DNA from: an uncultured Candidatus Saccharibacteria bacterium
GTDB lineage: Bacteria > Patescibacteriota > Minisyncoccia > Phycocordibacterales > UBA9973
Assembly (NCBI GenBank): GCA_964348725.1
Contig: CAYGDG010000002.1
Location: 64,202 to 128,201, forward strand
Direction: 5' to 3'
Length of the DNA: 64,000 nt
Positions 58,405-64,000 of the stretch are shown here, piece after piece (position 1 is the first letter of the stretch; each line of letters begins with the position of its first letter). The position numbers and the translations under genes were made by a program. Under the pieces are notes generated by a model. It saw nothing but the letters and a program-made list of their open reading frames with translations. It did not search any database and was not told the DNA's origin.

Positions 58405-59799
58405 ATGACGTCTCAAAAATTTGATGTAATCGTTATCGGGGCAGGTCCCGGGGGCTATGTGTGTGCGATCCGGTGTGCCCAGCTGGGTTTGAAAGTGGCT
58501 TGTGTAGAAAAACGCAAGGCACTGGGCGGTACATGCTTGAATGTTGGCTGTATTCCTTCCAAGGCGTTGTTGTCTTCTTCGGAAAAATATGAGGACGCGA
58601 AAACCCATATGGCCGATATTGGGGTCAAGATTGAAAAAGTGTCTCTGGATCTCAAAACCATGATGATGTTCAAGGACGATGTGGTAGAGGCGAATACAAA
58701 GGGAATTGAATTTCTCTTTAAAAAGAACAAAATAACGCGAATTGAAGGGTCTGCGGAAATTGTCTCTGCTGGAAAAATTACGGTGGGCGGCATAAAATAC
58801 GAAACGGATCGTATCGTTATTGCTACGGGTTCGGATGTTGTTTCCTTGCCCAATATTGCGATTGACGAGAAAAAGATAGTGTCTTCTACAGGTGCGTTGG
58901 CTTTGGACAAGGTGCCCTCGAAATTGCTGGTGATTGGAGGCGGGGTAATCGGGCTGGAGCTCGGGACTGTTTGGCGGCGCTTGGGGGCCGAGGTGACGGT
59001 GGTGGAGTATCTCGATCAAATCTTGCCTGGAATGGATGGAGAAATCCGCAAAGAGTCCGAGAAAATATTCAAGAAACAAGGCATTGTTTTTAAAACCGGT
59101 GCAAAAGTGACATCTAGCAAGGCCACCGCCAAGGGGGTTGATGTGACGATTGCGCCGGCAAGGGGCGGGGCAGAGGAAAAACTGTCTGTGGATATTGTCT
59201 TGATGGCGGTGGGGCGTAAACCCTACACGGAGGGTTTGGGCTTGGAAAAGGCCGGTGTGGCGCTCGATGAACGGGGGAAGATCAAGACAGATGCACATTT
59301 TGAAACCTCTGTGAAGGGGATTTATGCCATCGGGGACGTGATTGCGGGTCCCATGCTGGCACACAAGGCGGAGGATGAAGGCATGGTGTTGGCGGAAATA
59401 CTGGCCGGACAAAGCGGTCATATCAACTATGACTGCATTCCAGGCGTGGTGTATACATGGCCGGAGGTGGCCAGCGTGGGTAAAACGGAAGAACAGTTGA
59501 AAGAGGCAGGTATCGCCTACAACGCCGGAAAATTCCCGTTTATGGCCAATGGTCGGGCGCGGGCGATGAATGCCATGGATGGATTCGTCAAAATTCTGGC
59601 CTGTGCCAAAACTGATCGTATTCTGGGTGCGCACATGATCGGACCCAATGTTGGGGATCTCATTCAGGAAGTGGTTAGTGTTATGGAATTTGATGGAGCG
59701 GCGGAAGATATCGCACGGACCTGTCATGCGCACCCGACCTTGACGGAGGTTGTCAAGGAAGCGGCGCTGGCGGTCCATAAACGCCCGATTCATATATGA
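58405..59799 (+). CDS. lpdA: Dihydrolipoyl dehydrogenase (E3)
   Basis: FAD motif DVIVIGAGPGGY, redox disulfide GGTCLNVGCIPSK and C-terminal …HAHPT…. Confidence 0.95.
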   Translation: MTSQKFDVIVIGAGPGGYVCAIRCAQLGLKVACVEKRKALGGTCLNVGCIPSKALLSSSEKYEDAKTHMADIGVKIEKVSLDLKTMMMFKDDVVEANTKGIEFLFKKNKITRIEGSAEIVSAGKITVGGIKYETDRIVIATGSDVVSLPNIAIDEKKIVSSTGALALDKVPSKLLVIGGGVIGLELGTVWRRLGAEVTVVEYLDQILPGMDGEIRKESEKIFKKQGIVFKTGAKVTSSKATAKGVDVTIAPARGGAEEKLSVDIVLMAVGRKPYTEGLGLEKAGVALDERGKIKTDAHFETSVKGIYAIGDVIAGPMLAHKAEDEGMVLAEILAGQSGHINYDCIPGVVYTWPEVASVGKTEEQLKEAGIAYNAGKFPFMANGRARAMNAMDGFVKILACAKTDRILGAHMIGPNVGDLIQEVVSVMEFDGAAEDIARTCHAHPTLTEVVKEAALAVHKRPIHI

Positions 59800-59885
59800 T
59801 CAGGTTGGCCCTGCCTGCTCTCGATATGTCCTCCTTCGCTTGTTGGCGTATGGCCCCCGTGCTCCCTGTTGTGGCCAGAAGTTTT

Positions 59886-60851
59886 TTACGCTCTGGGATG
59901 CGCCGCTTTATAGATTCTCAGCAATTCCACCGTATCAACCTCTGTATAACGCTGGGTGGTGGTGAGGGACGCATGGCCAAGCAATTCCTGAATTTCCCGT
60001 AAATTGGCTCCGTTCTGGAGGAGATGCGTGGCAAAACTGTGCCGGAGGGCGTGGGGCGTGGCGGTTTCGGCGAGCCCAAGGCCTTTGCGAATTTCTCGCA
60101 TGGCTTTTTGCGCCATACCTTGATTGAGCCGTTTGCCTTGTGTGCCAAGAAAAACCGGACGATCCGGCTGGCTGGAAAATGGGCAGAAGGCCAGATAATC
60201 CGAAAGGGTGCGCTGAACAATTTCGATTACGGGCACTTCGCGCATTTTCCGACCCTTTCCGATGACCCGTAAAACACCATCTCGTGGCAAATCTTTGAGA
60301 TCGAGCCGGAGGGCTTCATCAATCCGCAGGCCACATCCATACAGTAGAGTGAAAAGGGCCTTGTTCCGTGCAGCGACCCAACTTTGTGTGGTTCCGAGAT
60401 CCGTAGAATCCAGTACCTTTTGGGCTTGGTTTTCATGGAGCGGGCGCGGGAGCTTGTGCGGGAGCTTGGGGCTCCGTAGGGTTTTCAGGGCCACATTGTG
60501 CATGATGCCCTGTTTGTCCATCCAGTGCAGAAAATTTTTAAGACCCGACAGCGCGCGCGCGCGGGAGGCATTGGAAGCCTTATCCATGGCCTTGCGGGAC
60601 ATCCAGGCCCGAAAATCCCGTAAGGATACCTCTGAAAGAGTGTTCAAGGAAGGCGCATGCCCGTGATGGTGGCAAAGAAAAGTCAGGAAATAGGTCACAT
60701 CAGTGCAATAGGCGCGTAGGGTGTGGGGTGACACATGTTTTTCAAACCGGAGCCAGTCTTGCCATTTGAGGAGGATCTGCGCAAGATCTTCTGCACAGAC
60801 CGTCAGTGTTTCAGGTTTTAGACCGGCAGGCTGAGCCATGTGCGGAAACAC
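59886..60851 (-). CDS. xerC: Tyrosine site-specific recombinase XerC (XerC/D family)
   Basis: …LRHSFATHLLQNGANLREIQELLGHASLTTTQRYT… catalytic box. Preceded by a DUF484 gene as in the yigA-xerC arrangement. Confidence 0.8.
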   Translation of the reverse strand: MFPHMAQPAGLKPETLTVCAEDLAQILLKWQDWLRFEKHVSPHTLRAYCTDVTYFLTFLCHHHGHAPSLNTLSEVSLRDFRAWMSRKAMDKASNASRARALSGLKNFLHWMDKQGIMHNVALKTLRSPKLPHKLPRPLHENQAQKVLDSTDLGTTQSWVAARNKALFTLLYGCGLRIDEALRLDLKDLPRDGVLRVIGKGRKMREVPVIEIVQRTLSDYLAFCPFSSQPDRPVFLGTQGKRLNQGMAQKAMREIRKGLGLAETATPHALRHSFATHLLQNGANLREIQELLGHASLTTTQRYTEVDTVELLRIYKAAHPRA

Positions 60852-61546
60852 CGTTCTATCACGCGGGCAAGGAAGAGAATTTGGTCTGTGGCTTGCCCTT
60901 CGGCAAACAGGTTCGGGTCACGGCTTCCAAAGGCGAGAATAGCGGGAGGCGTGCCCATGGAAATATCTACGCGCAGGAGGATTTGAGAGCGCACAAGAGT
61001 CGCTCCACCCCCGTAAATGGGCTCAATTCCCGCGATGTTATCCTGCAAGAGGACATTTTTGGAGCCCATCCATTTATCGACCGTACCTTGCGGGATCAGC
61101 CGAATACCGGAGGTATGGACATGCGGGATATTCTGGCCATCAGTTTCCACAACCAGCACGGCGATATCGACATCCAGAATATCAGCCAGATCCATTGTGA
61201 TGGACTGGATGAAATCATCGAAGTTCAAGGATTCAAGCAAACGCAGGACGGCTTTGTGAATCCGTTGCTGATTATTCATATTGGCCCTGCTGTTTTCAAT
61301 GACCTCGCGGGTGGTTTGCAGGACATTTTCCTTGTCGGCCTTGAGGCGCGCAATCACATAGGATTGAAAGTCTGAAACGCCTTTTTCCTGTGCCGCTTTG
61401 GGTGGTAGAAGGTGTTCGAGCGCCTGCGGGTTTTGTTCGAGAAATCTGGGGTTGCTTTTGAGAAAAGCAAGCACATCATCTTGCGAAATATCGGGCATCG
61501 GGACCTTGAAGGCTGAAAGGGTGTGTGAATCACTCATGATGTACAA
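60818..61546 (-). CDS. DUF484-family protein (YigA-like)
   Basis: 242-aa ORF upstream of and overlapping xerC. Confidence 0.6.
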   Translation of the reverse strand: MYIMSDSHTLSAFKVPMPDISQDDVLAFLKSNPRFLEQNPQALEHLLPPKAAQEKGVSDFQSYVIARLKADKENVLQTTREVIENSRANMNNQQRIHKAVLRLLESLNFDDFIQSITMDLADILDVDIAVLVVETDGQNIPHVHTSGIRLIPQGTVDKWMGSKNVLLQDNIAGIEPIYGGGATLVRSQILLRVDISMGTPPAILAFGSRDPNLFAEGQATDQILFLARVIERCFRTWLSLPV

Positions 61547-61638
61547 ACTAGCATGAACATACCACCCTCGTCACCCCCGTAGCACGTCAAGCGTGCCTCA
61601 AGTGTACGGGATGGCGGGAAAGAGGAAATTTCTAAAAA

Positions 61639-62295
61639 CTACAAAATACTCTGCCCTGTTTTTTTCCAGTCTTCAACAAATGCGGCCAATCCCTTATCCG
61701 TCAGGGGGTGGTGATAGAGCTGGCGGATCACACTGGCGGGGCAGGTGGCCACATGTGCGCCCATCTTTGCACTTTCTATGATGTGCAGAGGGTTGCGGAC
61801 CGAGGCCACAAGGACCTGCGTATCAAAATCGGGATAATTATCGTAAATCCGGCAGATATCGGCGATTAGCCCCAGCCCGTCATGGGAAATATCATCCAGC
61901 CGTCCGACAAAGGGGGAGACAAAAGTTGCGCCGGCCTTGGCGGCGAGAATCGCTTGCGCGGGGGAAAAACACAGCGTGACATTGACCATGGTGCCGTCAT
62001 CGGAGAGTTCCTTGCAGACCTTCAGGCCTGCAGGGGTCAAGGGCACCTTTACGGCGACGTTATCGGCGATTTTGCGCAGGACTTCGGCTTCTTTTCGCAT
62101 GGTGGGGTAATCCGTGGCGGCGATTTCCGCGCTTACAGGGCCTGATACAATCGCGCAGATGTCCTTGATGAGTGGGAGAAAGCTCTGCCCCGATTTGGCA
62201 ATCAGGCTGGGGTTTGTGGTGACACCATCCAAAAGACCTGTATCGGCCAGATCTTTGATTTCTGTGATGTCTGCGGTGTCCACAAAAAATTTCAT
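61639..62295 (-). CDS. fsa: Fructose-6-phosphate aldolase / transaldolase-like (Fsa/TalC)
   Basis: [14 protein letters not shown]… plus Schiff-base Lys region …NVAVKVPLT…. Confidence 0.85.
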   Translation of the reverse strand: MKFFVDTADITEIKDLADTGLLDGVTTNPSLIAKSGQSFLPLIKDICAIVSGPVSAEIAATDYPTMRKEAEVLRKIADNVAVKVPLTPAGLKVCKELSDDGTMVNVTLCFSPAQAILAAKAGATFVSPFVGRLDDISHDGLGLIADICRIYDNYPDFDTQVLVASVRNPLHIIESAKMGAHVATCPASVIRQLYHHPLTDKGLAAFVEDWKKTGQSIL

Positions 62296-62363
62296 TGCTG
62301 TTGCCCTTTTGTAAAAGATCAGTGAGAATCCGTTATAGGGTTTTATGGCGTAAGGTTCAAGAC

Positions 62364-63302
62364 ATGAAAATCGGGATTATCGGCGGGGGGATTATCGGGC
62401 TCACCACGGGCGTGGTGCTGGCGGAGGCGGGCCATGATGTGGAAATTTTAACCCGTGAGCCGATTGAACACACGACAAGCTGGGCGGCCGGTGCTACGTG
62501 CTATCCGTTTGCGGCAGAGGAAAGCCCCCGGAGTTTGCGGTGGTTGGATCGGGTCATGCAAATTCTTACACCGCTTGTCAGTGATCCGTCTGCAGGCGTA
62601 ATATTAACATGTTGGCGCAAGCTTTCGGAACATGAAACATGTGAAAAACCCTATTGGCTGGGGCATATCAAAAATGGAAGATTCTTAGAAAAGCAGGAAT
62701 GTCCGCCACCCTATCGTTCTGGCGTCACAGCACCGCTTCTTTTGATGGCGGTCGATCGATACGCCCCTTACGTGATGGACCGCTTTTTGAAGGCTGGAGG
62801 GCGATATATGAGAGTGGATGTTCCCACGGCTAATGACTTACAGGGGCGCTTTGAAGCGATCATCAACGCCACCGGTGTGTATGCCTCGGAGTTTGCAGGG
62901 GACATTTCTGTGCGTCCTGCACGCGGACAGGTCGTCATTGTCAAAAATCGAGAGATTAAGAACCATACGGCGTTGTTTGAGAAAAAATTCTATATTTATC
63001 CACGTGGCGAACAATGCCTGCTTGGTGGGTCGTATGATCTGGATCAATGGGACAGAACGCCTGATCCGGCCCTGACACAAGAAATTTTAGACTGGGCCGC
63101 CACGATGGAGCCGTGTTTGAAAACCCCTGAAATTCTGGATGTCCGTGTGGGTTTGCGCCCCTTGCGCCCCACGGTGCGGCTGGAGAAAGAACTTTTGCCC
63201 GATGGCACCCCGTTGATCCATAATTACGGGCATGGCGGGGCGGGTTATACGCTGTCATGGGGATGCGCGTTTGATGTTTTGAAAATTCTGGAAACGCTCT
63301 AG
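62364..63302 (+). CDS. FAD-dependent oxidoreductase, D-amino-acid oxidase family
   Basis: [13 protein letters not shown] dinucleotide fold. C-terminal …[17 protein letters not shown]…. Confidence 0.75.
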   Translation: MKIGIIGGGIIGLTTGVVLAEAGHDVEILTREPIEHTTSWAAGATCYPFAAEESPRSLRWLDRVMQILTPLVSDPSAGVILTCWRKLSEHETCEKPYWLGHIKNGRFLEKQECPPPYRSGVTAPLLLMAVDRYAPYVMDRFLKAGGRYMRVDVPTANDLQGRFEAIINATGVYASEFAGDISVRPARGQVVIVKNREIKNHTALFEKKFYIYPRGEQCLLGGSYDLDQWDRTPDPALTQEILDWAATMEPCLKTPEILDVRVGLRPLRPTVRLEKELLPDGTPLIHNYGHGGAGYTLSWGCAFDVLKILETL

Positions 63303-63311
63303 ACTTGTGCC

Positions 63312-63998
63312 ATGACGAATCACGTTGCTGTTTTAACGCCCTATCCCGTGGACAAGGCCTATGATTATGCTGTGCCGGATGGCATGGCGGTTACGGCGGG
63401 GGATTATGTGAGCGTTCCTTTGGGCGGACGCACGGTGATGGGGGTTGTATGGGGCCCTGCGCAAGGGGATGTGAGTCCCCAGAAAATCAAGCCCATCACA
63501 GCAACAGTTGATCTGCCCCCAATGCCGGAAATTCACAGGCAGTTTATTGCTCGCACGGCGCGGTACACCATGACACCACTGGGCATGGTTTTGAAAATGG
63601 CCATGAGCGTGCCCGAAGCCTTTGACCCGCCTGCGCTCGCAAAAGGGTACAGACTGGGGGCTATGGTCCCTGTCACAGAGACGGGTTTATCGCCCAAGCA
63701 TCGGGTCGTTCTGGCCTGTTTGAAGGATCATGATATGATGCGCCCGACGGAGCTCGCGCAGGTCGCGGGGGTGACGCTGGCTGTTTTAAAAACAATGGAA
63801 AAGCACGGATGGATTGAATCGGCGGAACTGCCTCCGGTTGTGCCGTGTCATGCGCCGGATGTAAACCGTTCCGGTCCTGCCTTGTCCGAGGCACAAAACA
63901 AAACCGCCGCGCATTTGAGGGCCTTTTTGCAACAGGGCGGGTACTATGCCACGCTTCTTGATGGGGTCACAGGTGCTGGTAAAACGGAAGTGTATTTC
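63312..63998 (+). CDS. priA: Primosomal protein N' (PriA), 5' partial; continues beyond the window
   Basis: N-terminal winged 3'-binding domain pattern. Walker A …LLDGVTGAGKTEVYF at the window end. Confidence 0.8.
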   Translation, partial: MTNHVAVLTPYPVDKAYDYAVPDGMAVTAGDYVSVPLGGRTVMGVVWGPAQGDVSPQKIKPITATVDLPPMPEIHRQFIARTARYTMTPLGMVLKMAMSVPEAFDPPALAKGYRLGAMVPVTETGLSPKHRVVLACLKDHDMMRPTELAQVAGVTLAVLKTMEKHGWIESAELPPVVPCHAPDVNRSGPALSEAQNKTAAHLRAFLQQGGYYATLLDGVTGAGKTEVYF

Positions 63999-64000
63999 GA

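Noticed and set aside
58342-59793. 483-aa minus-strand ORF covering lpdA
   Set aside because: The plus-strand frame carries the FAD, redox-disulfide and HAHPT motifs of dihydrolipoyl dehydrogenase. The antisense frame has none.

Overview
This 64-kb window reads as an alphaproteobacterial-type chromosomal segment with four parts. (1) Positions 1 to about 23.1 kb hold the right arm of a prophage that continues past the window start. It carries head-tail connector genes, a Mu gpT-like major head subunit, a DUF2190 protein, an S49 head protease/scaffold, a lambda-type portal, gpW and GpA terminase. It also carries a four-gene opposite-strand cassette, a ParB-fused N6/N4 DNA methyltransferase and a C5 cytosine methyltransferase whose motifs are split across two co-extensive frames. 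Its replication region has a PrimPol/AAA_25 primase-helicase with GCGGAAG iterons, a PD-(D/E)XK nuclease and a hipBA toxin-antitoxin pair. A lysogeny region has an S24 LexA/CI-like repressor and a DUF2924 protein with a large serine recombinase at the right end. (2) Positions 23.1 to 30.9 kb hold a czc/cus-like heavy-metal efflux operon: a short CDF transporter, a His-rich periplasmic protein, an RND pump, a His-rich adaptor, a small lipoprotein, an outer-membrane factor and a secreted Cys/His protein. It abuts the prophage integrase on one side, and tRNA-fMet plus a DUF4139/MuiA-like gene follow at 31.2 to 33.7 kb. (3) Positions 33.8 to 41.2 kb hold a 7.3-kb island inserted at the 3' end of a CAT-anticodon tRNA. 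It is bounded by an exact 47-bp direct repeat and has GTTACCCC arm-type repeats at both ends. It looks like a decayed P4/PICI-type satellite, with a truncated P4-type integrase, a PrimPol fragment and a PriCT/AAA_25 gene. Its cargo is a low-GC methyltransferase-like gene, a LysE exporter, and a GIY-YIG nuclease next to a promoter-driven 4TM membrane protein and ComEC-like MBL-fold nuclease operon. I rate that last trio the best candidate for an undescribed defense or abortive-infection module. (4) Positions 41.3 to 64 kb hold core genes. These are mnmA, a Sel1-repeat protein, a 2Fe-2S ferredoxin, a cysteine desulfurase, an alpha/beta hydrolase, an SLT-domain protein, sucD without an adjacent sucC, and two tandem paralogs behind a 13-bp inverted repeat. 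Then come sucA, a secreted protein, thiE-thiD-thiL inserted between sucA and sucB, sucB, an antisense 380-aa CDA-fold deaminase-like gene between sucB and lpdA, and lpdA. The window ends with xerC and its DUF484 partner, fsa/talC, a DAO-family oxidoreductase and the start of priA. All homology calls are from memory of family motifs and have not been searched.
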